Shown here: piece by piece, positions 39,601-52,605 of the stretch
Numbering within the stretch: position 1 is the first letter of the stretch
Layout of the letters: each line of letters opens with the position of its first letter
Origin: Podospora anserina
Taxonomy: Eukaryota
Reading direction: 5' to 3'
Assembly: GCA_017654855.1 (NCBI GenBank)
Contig: CM030338.1
Span: 3,658,001-3,722,000 of the forward strand
DNA length: 64,000 bases
The notes under the pieces: generated by a model
Told to the model about the DNA's origin: nothing
Database searches by the model: none
Seen by the model: the letters and a program-made list of their open reading frames with translations, nothing else
Position numbers and translations under genes: made by a program

Positions 39601-40256
39601 AGCTTGGCCCTCACTACATTCCCCAGCCAAATGCCAAAGAACAGCCAGACGGCGCAGACAGCCGACTGGCTAGAGTTATATGGTACCATGGTCAAAGCCT
39701 GCCCACCCCCTGTTCCTGACGCTGGACGCGGAGCAGAAGACCTGGTGTTTTCTCGGGCCTTGACGGCCGACCAGAGTGCCAGCATGGAGATGGCGGCCCC
39801 GAGGCAGACGGAAAAGAGGTTCAGGATCATGTTCATGAGAAACTTTCCCCTCGGGAGAATGGCCAGGGCGAGAACGCTGACGATGGGGATGAGGTAGCCG
39901 AGAGTGGTGAAATAGGCGGTTATGGGGGCGGCTTGGTACATGGCAATGGCGATTGTTGGAGGTAGTGACCCCTTGAACATGATGATCAAGGTACCGGCAT
40001 CGAGTCCTAACCTGTTCGCCAGCCTGCCCACCAAGCTTGGCTTTTTGTCTTGTGGCCCATGGTCGTCTGGCACAGCAGCAGTGTTGTGGTCGACATTGGC
40101 ACCGGGTGCATTTTCGTTTCTCGATTTCGGTACCGGTGGTGTATATGAAGTCGCTTTTGGATATGTGTGTGTTGGACCGTCGAAAGGGCTTTCTGCGTCG
40201 ATTATCTTCCCCCCCTCCTCCTCGCAGGTTTGTCGTTGTGCTTCATTACTGTCCAT
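36603..40256 (-). CDS. ArAE_2/FUSC-like (Bre4-like) multi-pass membrane transporter; 3 exons (introns 39087-39028, 38095-38042)
   Basis: Three ORFs join in frame via GTAAG...CAG introns. MFKGSLPPTIAIAMYQA, KDPEHLPP, ESMFGFRVACATM, QRLVWAMIII, APYRLACVAGG. 5' start uncertain. Confidence 0.82.
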
Positions 40257-41819
40257 GCCAGCTTCGTCTCGGACGGTCAATCGGGGATGTCGTCCCAAGT
40301 TATCGGACGGAGAAAAGAGAAAGGCGCCATTGTTTTTTTGGGCGATTATTCAGGGACAAGGACAGAGGTGTGGTGTAACTGCGTCATGGATGCCGCTTTC
40401 CCGGAATTCCATGTTACTGGCCGGTGGAGCCATGTGGAGACGGAGGTTTTACAGCGGATTCCAACCAAGCCCCAGCAGGGTTTGAGGCGGGACACTCCGC
40501 TGTCACGAAGTTGCTCCAGGTGGTATGTTCGAGAGGATGCGATTTTGCAGGCGAGCACAGACCAGACACACCAGCTATATATTGTCGGCCACCCTTTGCA
40601 TTTTACTTGATTTCCTCTTTTCTTCTTCAGCTCTCTTTGCCTTCTGGCTTAGATCAAGTGTAGTATCTGTTATTTTCAGTTTAATATCTGAAACTGCTCC
40701 AACGGAGCAGAATCTTGATTATCATAATATTTTTTTTTATCTCGGCTAACTGTCCTCTGGGCATGCCCATGACGGTTGGCCACAGTGTCCCTGGTCTTAC
40801 ACTGCCTCCAGGTGATGCGAACCCTTTTTCTTTTCATTGCACTCTCGGGTCCTGCTCGAGCTGCGAGGAAGAGAGTACCTACACCTACCTACCAGCAGTG
40901 CTTCTGGATGGCCACCACCAGGCCGGCAGTGCCACGGCCTGAACACACGCCTGGCCAAGACCCGTGGAACAACAAAAAGAACAAATCGAAGAAGGGCGAT
41001 CCAAAACACGTTTCATGTGCACTTGTGCTCTCTTGGGTCGGGTTACACCTGCAGCACACTCATCGTCACCAACCAGCCAGTTGTTCCATTCAGAAAGCTT
41101 GTCTGGTCTTGTCATCGCCAAAACCCCACCAAACAAGCCATGATCGGCAAAGCACCTCTCGTGGTGGTGGTCTCGGTGCCGGGCACGCCCGGATCAGCAC
41201 GATGCCGTGTGGGCGTCGCCCGAGATGCCTTCTTGCAAGCCTGCGTGCATTACGTCTTGGCTCTTGCTCGATAGAGAGAGGTCTCATCCGTCCATCCGTT
41301 GTGTGACGGGAGCCTCAAAACAGTGTCGTATAAGTGTTCGCTCAAGCCCACTCCCGAGAAACGATAGAATATCGCCACAAAATTCTTCGTTGGGCAGCCT
41401 GGCCGGTTCTATTTGGAGCAGTTGCCCATTTGTCCGACCATCTTCCAGCACTGAGTTTCATGTCGGTGTAGAAGGCGAGCGGCGCGGAGGGCCATCCAAC
41501 ACCTCTCACCCTGCTACACCTCAGCTCTCAGCAACACTCAAGCCTCATTCACCGCAGCCTGGTTTGACCTGCTCTGCTCGCCCGCCAAACCGGGCGGCCT
41601 TGGTTGGAAGGGTGCAGACAGACAAACCTAAACCTCTGCTCCTGCTGTTTTCTCTTTTTTTCTTTTCGTCTTTTAGATTTTGTTCTTTCTCGTCTTTGTC
41701 TTCTCTTTGGCTATGTGCATCGGTTCTTTACCGACATCAATCACCACGCCGACACACCCTCCGACACGCCCTCCGACGACTCCCCGAGTCTCGCCTCTTG
41801 ATAACTCGCAAGGTCAACG

Positions 41820-42950
41820 ATGCCAGTCTATTACACACCTCCCCCGACCCCCCCACCTGCCATCCCTTCTCCATCACCTCCGCCATCACCGCCCCTAGCC
41901 CTCCCGGACCCAGATTCCTACCCACCCTACCCTTCCTCACACTCCTCGCGCTCCCGTTCCAAGTCAACCAAATCCTCACTCTCCTCCTCTTCTTCTTCCA
42001 AGTCCAAACACAGCCACTCCTCCGACAACCACGAAGAAGGAGGCCACAAGATCCCCTACGTCTTCCTAGGCTCCATAGCCGCCGCCTCCTTCCTCGCACA
42101 CAAATACTGGCCTAAAGGTTACGTCTACGGCGACAAGGAAGACTGGGAGCTGTCCAAATACGAGAGAAGGGCCAGGGAGAAATTGCAGGTCGCAAAGGCC
42201 GCCAAGAGGGGCAAGGTAAACGAGAGGGAAGTTAAGAATTACAGTCCCCCACCATCGGCGCACGACGGCAGGGAGGCGAGAAGGGGTGGGTATGCCTATA
42301 AAGGGCCACCTCCGGTATCCCACAGGAGGGAAGTGTATGAAGAACAGGAGGAGGGGGAGGTGTACAGCAACCCCGGAAGTAGAAGAGGAAGCCTGAAAGG
42401 TGCCGCCCCCTGGGGAAGAATCGATCCGAGGGGTTACTACAACGACGACGACAGAGAGTATACCAGAGGTCTCTCCGAATACGCCGTCGCTTCCTCGGTC
42501 CTGCGGAGTAAGAGCCAAAGCGGGAGAGACCAATTCTACTCTGACGTTGCGCCCTCTCGGGACCGATCCCTTCCTCCCCGTCGCTCCTCCTCTGTTGCGA
42601 ACGAAGAATATTACATGACACCGGCCATCGGTCCAGCGGCCAGCCGGAATAGAGATAGTCACTACCCCCCGCCACCTCCGCGAAGTTATGTTTCTGGGAG
42701 GGAGTTGAGCAGACCGAGATACCTGATTGAAGAGCCCCGAGCTGGACCGCCCTTGCTTGCCAGGCCAGAAAGCATGAGGGGTAGGGAGTTGCAGAGGAGG
42801 CCATACTATGATGAAAAGGTTGTAGCCCCGAGGGCTCCGAGAGAAGAGGTTGTGTATGTGTACCGGGATGCGCCATCAGCAAGAAGCAGAAGGGCGTCTG
42901 TTGACCTGGGGGCTGGGAGGAACAGGGCATTTGACTGGGATTATCGGTGA
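41820..42950 (+). CDS. Hypothetical low-complexity protein (Pro/Ser-rich N-terminus, one hydrophobic segment, Arg/Tyr-rich tail)
   Basis: 376-codon ATG ORF after a pyrimidine-rich leader; IPYVFLGSIAAASFLAHKYWPKG hydrophobic stretch; no family recognised. Confidence 0.68.
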   Translation: MPVYYTPPPTPPPAIPSPSPPPSPPLALPDPDSYPPYPSSHSSRSRSKSTKSSLSSSSSSKSKHSHSSDNHEEGGHKIPYVFLGSIAAASFLAHKYWPKGYVYGDKEDWELSKYERRAREKLQVAKAAKRGKVNEREVKNYSPPPSAHDGREARRGGYAYKGPPPVSHRREVYEEQEEGEVYSNPGSRRGSLKGAAPWGRIDPRGYYNDDDREYTRGLSEYAVASSVLRSKSQSGRDQFYSDVAPSRDRSLPPRRSSSVANEEYYMTPAIGPAASRNRDSHYPPPPPRSYVSGRELSRPRYLIEEPRAGPPLLARPESMRGRELQRRPYYDEKVVAPRAPREEVVYVYRDAPSARSRRASVDLGAGRNRAFDWDYR

Positions 42951-43272
42951 TGTTTCTGATTGCTGCCTGCTTCTCACGTCTCAATAGTCTAATATCTAGC
43001 TAACCGGGTAGTCATTGATCATTTGCCTTTCGTGTCCATTTTACGCCATCTACTTGCTTATGCCCCCCCCTCCTCTGTTGATCCTTTTGCGATATGATGT
43101 TTGTCTGTGCCATATAAGATGCGAATGCTTGCTACCTAGATGTGTCCCATCCATGTCGGCTACAATCAGAAGCGTCCGCATATACCTAATCCCCTTAAAT
43201 CCGTGTTTCAAAAATAATGTAACGTGTTGCTGAGAACTGCATGAGCATGTTCTAGAACACTCTTGGAGCTGC

Positions 43273-46200
43273 TCATACTTCACCTGCCGTGTCCTCCTCA
43301 TCTACAACAATTTTCTGGACTTTGGGCTTTCTACCCCGTTTCCCCACGGCCTTCTTCGGCTTGACTGGAGATGCTTCGGGAGACGTCCCTTCCCCGGCAG
43401 AGCTCTTCATCGGACTCCTCTTCAGCGGACTTGGCGGAATTGGAAGCTCGTCAAGATCCAGCCCGGGGTTCCACCCCTTCCCGCCTGTCCTGGCTACCAA
43501 ATAAGGGTTCAACTCGGCTTTAAACCACCTCTCACCCCGTTTGTTGCTCCTCGATCCACCCTCCATTGCAGACAAAGCAGCTCTTGTCGTCCGCATCCGC
43601 TTCGTGCCTTGAGTTCCTTTCCCGCCTTCGCTAAGAAGACTGCTCATCTTCAGTCTCTGCTTCTGGAGGGATTGCTCATAGGCCACAATGCCACGGACAT
43701 ATGGGGCCACGTCGAGGACGATGAGTTTCAGCGTTCTGTCAAACACAGATGGGTCGAGATAGGATGCCGGGATGGCGGAGGACGACTCTGGGGTTGCGAT
43801 ATTGTCAAAGGCAAACGCAAAGTCCATGCGCGTGATAGCCATCGATCCTGGTGTGGGAGACGTGAAGCTCGTTTGAAGACACTGAACCGCTTGTGATTCG
43901 GTTAGAGGGCAAAACTCGTCGGCCGACTGATCCTGTAGCGCCTCTATCCTTTTTTTGAGAGAGGCCTTGCCAAGAGACTTGATCGTCAATGGCAAGGAAG
44001 TTACGAGGGAGTCATAGTGAGTGGTACAGGGCGAATCAAGATGAGAAAGCCCCTGGACAAAGTCGCCCTGGGCCTTTTCGGAGAGCCCGGGCAGTGTGGC
44101 ATCCATTGTCTCCTGTACAAGCGGTTAGCCAAAAAGGGAAGACTGCAATAATTGGTGCCGCTTACCTCTTTGTGCGTGGCGAATGACCCCAGTGAGCAGA
44201 TGTCAGCCACGCTCAAGGCCTCTGTCATCTCACCAAAGGCCTCAAGAGCACCAAGCCGCCCAGCGGGGGTTGCGCTGACGGGATTGATCTTTTCCGCCCA
44301 GGTACCAAGACGAAGCGTGTCCTCCCAGTTCCCGAGATCAACGCCCCAGCTCTCCCAAGCTTGCTCAACAAGTTCCTCCTCTGCCTGCAGGGGTGTTGTC
44401 TTGTCACTGACAATGTTGTCCCTCGCCAACAGGTTCATGCCTGGCTGGTAGGTGCCCTCACTGACGACCCGAACTACCTCCTGGTTCTCGTCAAGGTCCA
44501 CCCCTTTTGGCCAGCGAGGATAAAACCAGTCAAACCCTCCTCTGCGGTCACCAACTCCCATCTGACACCAGTATTGGAGGTCCATTGTGGCCGCACGGAT
44601 GTCGCAATCTCGTGAGTCGTAGAGTGTCTCGACAGCCTGGCGGGCAAGCGCATGACCCTCATTTGCTGCAATAAGAATGAGACGGTCAATGGCAAGATCT
44701 CTTGGGGGTGGGCTGAGCCGGAAGATGCCATGCATCCTCAAGGTGTGTAAAGGAACCAGAGTCTCATCATTGCACGTAATGATGAAGGGGCGTCGGGATT
44801 GTGTGATAAGATCAACCACTGTTGACCAAAACTGCTTGTCCTCATCATAAAGAACATCAACCTCCTCCAGCAGAATCAAGGACTGCCTTTGGCTTCTAGA
44901 AGAACCCTTCTTGACATCTGTTGGTGCTGCTGTCTCGCCTGACGCGACTGTCGATGATTTTGGTTTTGCAGCCACCACCGGATTTGGTTTGAAGAATGAA
45001 GCCATGGTAGACTGCTTGCCCGACTTTATATCGGCTGCAGTTTCGTCCTCACCCTTGGCGTCATTGTTGTCTCCCGGGGTACTCGACTCATGCTGCCGGA
45101 CATGATGATTTCTGGTCATGTCACCAATCTTGGCGAGCACGTCCTTTCCAGCTCGTCTCGTGCTGGAATTGATCTCAAAGATTTCAAAGTTCAGCTCATT
45201 TGCAACTGCATGAACCATGGTTGTTTTGCCACAGCCCGGGGGACCGCTGATGATAAGTGTATTGGCCATCTTTTCGCCCTTGCCCAAACTCAGAGACCGG
45301 ATGACCGTCTTTCTCAAGATGCCCCTGGCGCCACTGGCGGTCCAGTCTGCTTCGTCGCCAGAGAAGTCATCCAGCCCATAGTCCTCGTTGTCACTAGAGA
45401 CGATGAACCCGTCGAGCCTTCTGCGTCGCTTCTTCTTCCCATGCTTCGCCTTGGACCGTGGACTGACTTTGTCATCTTTTGACCCTGTGTCAACCGACTG
45501 AACCACCAGTGCTTGCAGCCATTCCTTCAGGAGAAAAGCCTCTTGGCCAGGCTGGAGAACCTCGGCAGCGCATGTGGGGGCGTACTTTTGGACCCAATTG
45601 GCCGTCTCACACTGGGACTGGTCGAATGCAGAAAGAGAGGAAGAGATTGACGCAAAAAGAAGGGAGAGCTGAGCTGGTGGCTGAGCTTTTCCGCCCGTGT
45701 CTTCAGTAAAGAGTGTACGCTGAGTCCCCTTCTTGCTTGGTGCAGATGTCTGGAAAGTTTTGAGCTCCGGAAGGATACGTGCCTGAAGCTTCCTTCCACT
45801 CTCAAAATGTTTCTGAGGAAGCCGCAGCTCCGGAGGAGGAGGGACGACTACATCCGTATTGATATTGCGAATGTCTTTGACAAGGGATTCTATGTTCAAG
45901 GTCATGGCTGTGAGGGCCAACACTGACTCAGCAAGGGGCACCTTGACAGAAAGGCCCTTTGACTTCCGAGCTGCCAATAAACACAAATTGTCCTCTGCCA
46001 CCTGGGTCTCTGGTCTTCCGATCGCCTCTGGCTCGTCCTCGTCGCCTCGAATATGCACCATTCCCTGCCACGGCCATGCTGGCTGCTTGGCCCCCGGGAA
46101 TTTGAGGCCCAGGTTCTTGACGCCGAACTGAGGTAGAGGGGCTTTGTGCACCTGCGCGGTCCGTGGCTTCTTAGGGGAGAAAGGCGTTGAGCCGAATATT

Positions 46201-47105
46201 TTTGACTTGGTCTTGGTAGGCCGGGGCGAGGTCGGTTCACTGGGCTTGACATCTTCGGGTACCGCCTCCTGCTTTTTGGCCTTGCCGAAAAAGAATGGAT
46301 GTGTCGATTTGGATGATGTTGGAGCTGCTGTCTTTGGAGCCGTGGGGTATGTCTTCTCCGTGCCAGATGCCTGCGGGGGTTCAGATTCAACTGCCGGCTG
46401 TGCAGGTGTGGCTGACAGTATAGAATTGATGCACGTGCCGATTCGAGTCCGAGTTTCCATGTCTGTTCCATATTTGATGCACACTACCATTGCCTTTGGC
46501 TTCCTGCCACGTTTCTTGGGGGCCTGTTTTTCACCCGCCGCAACAGTTCCCTGCACAGTTGGTGTCGCCTTGGGTACTGGGGGAGGGCCGATTGTTCCAG
46601 TCTTGGGATCAAAAAGCAAGAGTTTTTTGGGCTTCGGTGCAGTTGGTCCTGGCGCTGAGGGTTCCGTTGAAGCGGCAGTGCTGGAGGTGTCGTTACTGCT
46701 TGGTTGCGTTGCAGACGAACCCTCATGCTCACCCACAAGCTCTGGCGTATCTGTTGGACATGGTTCGCTTTGCTTGACTTTGGTGAAGAGACTGGCAATG
46801 ATACTAGCCCCAGAGACCCTCGCCCGTTTGTTTGCCTTTTGTTTTTGCGGCTCCTCGGCTTCCAGTGCGTCACTGCTGTTCACATTGCGTCTCTTTTTGC
46901 CGCCACTTTCGAGGGCTTGATTCACCGCCGTATCATCTTCTGTTTTACTGCTGTCCTTCGCGGTGATCGGAGTCGATATAGGGGAGGATTCGGCAGCCTC
47001 ACTTTCAAGGGCATGCGGGGTCATTCGGTTTGGTGTGAAGAAAGGGTGTAGGGGTCGGTGAGCCGGAGTTGCAACCATGACTACTGGAGATGCAGTCTCG
47101 GCCAT
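43273..47105 (-). CDS. ELG1: Elg1/ATAD5-type alternative RFC large subunit (AAA+ ATPase); 2 exons (intron 44165-44113)
   Basis: WVQKYAP, Walker A GPPGCGKT, FEINSSTRRAGKD, LILLEEVDVL, SRRPFIITCN, long disordered N-terminus. Splicing reads HKE|ETMDATL. Confidence 0.85.
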
Positions 47106-47435
47106 GGTATGAACCCTTGAATTTTTCACGGTCAGTCAAGGCCCATAGGCAATTTTCAAGCTTCGAACGGGAGGGCAAAATACCACAGCGTCGTCGCTCA
47201 GAGCAAAGGGAAGAGAGACAGCAGAGAAGAGTCGTCTGGGGGTATCATGCTGTGAAGACAAGAAAATGATGCATGTGAATACTCTTCGAGAGGTAAGTAA
47301 TTGATGATTTTCAACCAAGACGGGACGGGAGAGAGCAGGAAGTCGAGGTGGAATCGGCGATAGGTAAAAGCAGTAAAATTGATGCTGGGAGAAAGTTACC
47401 AAGACGAGATCCTGCTTGAGAGTTGAGACCCGAAG

Positions 47436-47505
47436 TCGCGTCCAACTCAACTTCCACTATAACCAGTGCCTGGAGAACGCGTTCTGGCGTCTCTCTCCAG
47501 CGCGT
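47436..47505. promoter_or_regulatory. Cluster of MCB-like CGCG elements in the ELG1/Utp8-like divergent promoter
   Basis: TCGCGT 47436-41, ACGCGT 47477-82 (inside the palindrome AGAACGCGTTCT), GCGCGT 47500-05. Confidence 0.45.
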
Positions 47506-47791
47506 TTGGCGCTAGCACGGGCCTGGCTAGGCCAGAGCTGAAGGGTCCACTTACATCATAAGTGGGTCTGTTTTTGCTGGGCGGGACAGGAATCCAGTCC
47601 GGAGCTGGATCAAGTATTTACCGGGAATTCGGGAGCCCCGCTAAAAAAGTTTCTGGACCCACCTTTCTTTCACAGTGGAGCATTGCCTTTTTTTCTGTTT
47701 GGCAGAGCTTCGCATTTGACTGGTGATGGCTTCGAATTAAGCGACTCTCTGCGACCAACTCGAGGCGACGCAGCCAACCCCTCTCTCCAGA

Positions 47792-50582
47792 ATGGTGTCC
47801 AAACTACAGATACACACTCCCTATGTGTTGACCACCCTTGCCGCCCCCTTCGCCGACTCCCAGGGCACCGGTCGCCATGTTGCAGGCGAGGTTTTTGGAC
47901 AGAAGCAAGGACTGAAGCGCAAGAAACGGTCAGAGCTTGCCGTGGCCATTGACGGCGTCGCTGTCACTATCTACGATGTCAGACACCTTTGCCAACACCT
48001 CTAGACTACATGTATGCTGACTTCAAGTCCAGGTTCTCTCCTCCCAGCAGGTCATATCTCACGATGTCTCGACAGAATCAGTCTTCACATGCCCCCCCTA
48101 CTCGCTCAGATGGAGACCGTCTTCCGGGAAGAGCGCTTCTCGATACACATATGTTTCAGCTACCACGTCCAAGGAGAAGCAGATCACACTGTTCAAGGAG
48201 GAAATTTCTACGTCCCAGGCCACAGCAGTGTCAAGCTTGTCGCATACGCCTCGAACCAAGACACCCATCGTCCATCTTTGCGCCGGCGCAGCTCATACTT
48301 CTCCACACTCGGTACCGGGCGATGAGCTCCCAAACCACGAAATAATTGCCGTGGCTTCCGACGGCACCATCATTGGCCTTGATGGGGAAACGCTTGACGA
48401 GAAGTGGTCAACTGCGCCTACCGTGCTTGTTCAAGGGCTTGCTTCTGGTTCGGGATCGCATCTTCAGGTTGACTTTGTCCAGGCCACCACCGCGGCTGAT
48501 GTTGTCGATGGCCTGTTTGGTGGTAAGAACGAGCTGTTTGGCGTTTTCAAGGAAAATGTGAGCCGCGATGGGTTCAATCCGGATATCCTCCTCATCATCA
48601 CGTCGTCCAAAACGCCCGAGAACGTCGCCCAGCAAAATCTGCACGTTCTTGCTCTTCCGTCGGGGAGACAGGCGCAGTCGATCTTTGTCACTCGGCTCCC
48701 AAGTTTCCCGGCTTCGACCGAATATCAGCTCGATGCGAGATCCGGCACACTGCAGACCTTGGCCAACGGGCTACTCTCCAGTTACACCTTCAGCTCCGGC
48801 AGTCCGCACCTTGAGACTAAGCTACAGATCCCCGGCATGAGCTCGTTTCTTCGAATCTCCAAGACGTCTGTCCTCGCCGCTACGCCCGAGTCCTTTTCCA
48901 TCTACAACCCCATCTTTCGCTCTCTCCAAGCTGCCACCCCTGCCAACTCCGAAGGTGATTGTCAACTCATTTCCTACTTTGGCGCCCGGGAAATTGCGGT
49001 TGGCTTGCACGGATCAAGCCTCATTGCCGTACAGGTTGAGGCGCCCAAGAACCGCAACACGAAGCGTCGTGCAGAGGGGCTATTGACGGATGCGATTCGC
49101 CGCGGATTACCTCGTGAACAATCCGATACAAAACGAGCTCGTGCGGAGCACCATTCTTCAGCAGTTCTCGAACAAGCCCTGCCCGGCGTGCTATCTGAAA
49201 CCATGTCTGCTGAATGGAGAAATGGCGTGGCCAACGCGGAGGAGCTTCTTGCCGCCGAAGATTTGCGTGCCTGGGAAGAGTTCCTCGCCAGTATTTTCAA
49301 AGTTCAAACCAAGCCGATCGAAGCTCAGGAAGCTGGCTCTGCTGCTACAAATGGCATCGTCGCCAGTCCTCATCTACCAGAATGGATCTGGCCCTCTTCC
49401 AGAGCCGAATATGCGCATGTCGACAGGCGCTGGATATTTTACGCCATCAGCAAAGTGTTTGCGTGGAATCAGCCGGCTGCCGACTCGGAGGAACCTAGGT
49501 TGTCTTGCCCACTTGCGGCGAGCAGTGTTCTTAACTATCTGGTAGATGCTGGCCACTTGTCCACCTCCAATGTCAAATCAGCCTTCAAGGATGAGACGTG
49601 CGAGTTGGACAATGTCGACGATATTATTGGAGCGGAGCTGCCCCCCCTTCTTGCTCAAGTCGACCCCACGATGGCGTTACTCCTTGAGTACTTGTCAGGA
49701 ACTCAGCTTGGCCCCACAGAGCTTGTTTCCGCTGTCAAGTTGCTTCTCCACAGCCTGGACGTGGATGAAACCCCGTCCAGTCCGGAACAGAAACGTCTGA
49801 AGGGCGTCGCCGAAAAGAGTGCTGATGAGGATAATGACGCCATCAAGATGGAACTCGACAAGGCTGAAGAGGAACTCCAGATCACCGAGGTGCATCTGAG
49901 TGGGCACCGTTTCCGAGGACTCGGTGTGGCATTTAGCAAGTTGGCTGCTTGCCCAGCAGTGAGCACTGTCCAGAGCCTTCGGCGTCTGTTCAAGCCCGAG
50001 CAGATCATCGGGCTACTTAATGTGTTGCGGGCCGAACTCATCAAAGATGGCTGGACGTCGGATTATCGGGAGGAGATCGAGGCGCCCCCAGACGGAAGCC
50101 TGCAGCTCATCGCGGATCTTATGACCAGATGCATAGACGCGGTCGGCCTGGGCGGTTGGATGGCGTTTGACGGTGTGCTCGCCAACTCGGCCAGCCACGA
50201 AGATGCGGCTGACTACTTTGGGCGGTTCAATCACGAAATCGACTCCGCCTTGCAAGGCATTCACGACGCTATCTATCTGCAGAGCATGCTGGCCGAGGCC
50301 ACCAGGTACGCAAAGAGGGCCCGTCGGGCGCTTTTGGACGCCGGCAAGGGAATGCCCACAACGGTGCAGTTCACAGAGCAGCTGCCGGTAGGGCTCAAGA
50401 CAGATGCCAGGATATCTACGGAAAGGATCAGGTCGGGCGGAGAAATTGTCCAGCGCAGCAGCCGAGATATTGGTCAGGCCATCAGCCGGAGGAGGGCCGT
50501 TTACTCGGTGCAGCGGATACCGGAGGAACTGTTGTTGGGCGTGAGGGGATCACGCGAAACCGTTGTGCAGGAAGCCAAGTAA
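47792..50582 (+). CDS. Utp8-like U3 snoRNP / SSU processome protein; 2 exons (intron 47978-48032)
   Basis: Exon 1 (KRKKRSELAVAIDGVAVTIYD) splices into the frame of ORF 48228-50582 (…FTCPPYSLRW…). Beta-rich N-half, helical C-half. Resembles filamentous-fungal Utp8 from recall. Confidence 0.68.
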
Positions 50583-52605
50583 TTAGAAGTGAGAATGTCT
50601 TGGACCTTGTGTCCTACAAGTTCAGATACCCAAATGTTAATGGTTGTGTAACAAGTCAAGCTCGACACGGCCTTTCTTCCTTGCATCTCTACGGTACATG
50701 GTGCGTGACAACTGATGACCTCGCCCGGTCTCTCTACTGACACCGAAGCGGTACATACAAGAACGTCACCGAGGGAGGGATCTTAGCCTCATGGTACGAT
50801 GTACGATCGGGGACCTCATCTGCCAGTGTGAGACTAGAGAGAAATGTTGCCCCGAAGATGCGAAAACACCCAGCTCAAACAGCACCGCATGCCACGTATC
50901 TCTTGCCTTTCTGCTGCAACTGTCCTCCGGTGGTGAGAGGGACCGATTTGCCTCGAGGCTTGAGTTGTTCGTTAACGTGGTTCCACCAGCTCGCCCAGGA
51001 GCGTCAATCTTGGCTTCAGAGGAAAAAGAGTCAAAAGAGCCGCCTTGGTCTTGGTTCTAGTTCGTTCCTGAGAGATCAGTAGAATGCGGGGAGGAGTCGG
51101 CGTCATCTCGGTTTTAGGCCTGCTGTCCTTGTCCATCGTGACTGGACCTGCCTCTACAATTCCCCAGCACAGCCCAAGCTCCAACGGTTCGGCGTTTCCA
51201 GAACAGGCAGTGTCTCGGTCTTCATTTGGGTGTCATAGGTACCTTGGCGGATATCTTGACAACGGGACTTTGACAGCTTTTCACCACGCAAAAGCAGACA
51301 GCAAACAGGACCCCCCAGCATGTATAGAGATGTAAATATCTTGATGATCTTTGTTTCAAAAACGGCATGCTAAAAGCTTGACTTTTGGTAGGTTTGCAAT
51401 GTCTTGCATCTCGGTCGCATGTTTGCGGCCCTGGTCACCCATGCTCGGCAGCTCCCACATGGAATATTGGCCACAGTGGCGCAGCCTGCAACCCCACTAA
51501 AGCGGTTGGACGTCATCGCCGAGTTTCTCTTTTATCCCTTTCCAGCTCTCGTTATTGGCCAGCCCTGTCCTATCAGTCAAGAGACGTCACCTTAAAGCTC
51601 GTGTCTCGTGTCTCTCCCACCCACCACACCACCTCTGATCTCGCCGGCAGATTCGCAAGGCCGTCTGGAACTTCCAAGCCTTCCAAGCTGGAAACTGGAA
51701 ACTGAAAACTGCAAGCCATGCTCTGACACCTGTGTTTTCAACGAGACCACCACAAAGTTACACTCGCCTACTGGTGATGTGACAAGATTCTGACGCACCC
51801 AGCCTTGGCCGACTGTGTTCACTGGGTGGACAACATGTATTTGCAGACGGCTAGTTGCTGCTTGATATCGCCCCGGGCGAAAGATGCGACTTGCAACCAT
51901 ATGCTCGTGATGCTATACTCCGCGCCGCGTTCTGATACCGACCTACGTGTTAGGATGGTAGCCTCAACGAGAACCGAATTGCTTGGTCACCCTCGGGCAT
52001 GCTAACATTAGAACGTTTGGGCAGCAGTAGTGTTGATTTCTCTGCTGCGTACCGCCGCTAGTGCCGCGATTCGATGACATATATGTATCTGGTTCCAGAA
52101 AGCACCCCTCCCACATGCTCGTTGGATGATCACTCGCGCCTCATTCGTCAGCAAACAACGGGGTGGGGCACCCAGCGAAGGAACAGACGCCCCAGGTCAT
52201 GATGGCCTCTGCTTAGCACCTCCGGGCCATCTCCTTATCCGTTACACAGCCCGCTCCATTGGTTCCTCAGATCAGTCTCTCTTTACTCATCTCTTCCACT
52301 TGCAGCAGCCCAATCATCTCGACTGTGCTTGCTTCCACCATTCCAGCCTGAGCATCTTGCTGTCAAACACATCGAGTGCCTAAAAGCTCTCCAGCTCCCC
52401 AGCTCCCACCATTCCCGCCTCCCATCCGTACTCAAGACACATCACCAAGCTTTTCGAGATTCCCCGAGACCAAAAACAAAGACCTGTCTTTTCTGGACCA
52501 AAAAGCCTCCACGACCCCCTTCCAGAGGGGTGTTGATCTTGTCAAGAACAGTAGACCCCAAGCTGGCATTTCTTTTTTTGGGCTTCCCAACCCGACCCTA
52601 CCTCG

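Noticed and set aside
41207..42115. 302-aa ORF overlapping the 41820 gene
   Set aside because: Non-ATG start, runs through a pyrimidine-rich leader, low-complexity off-frame product.
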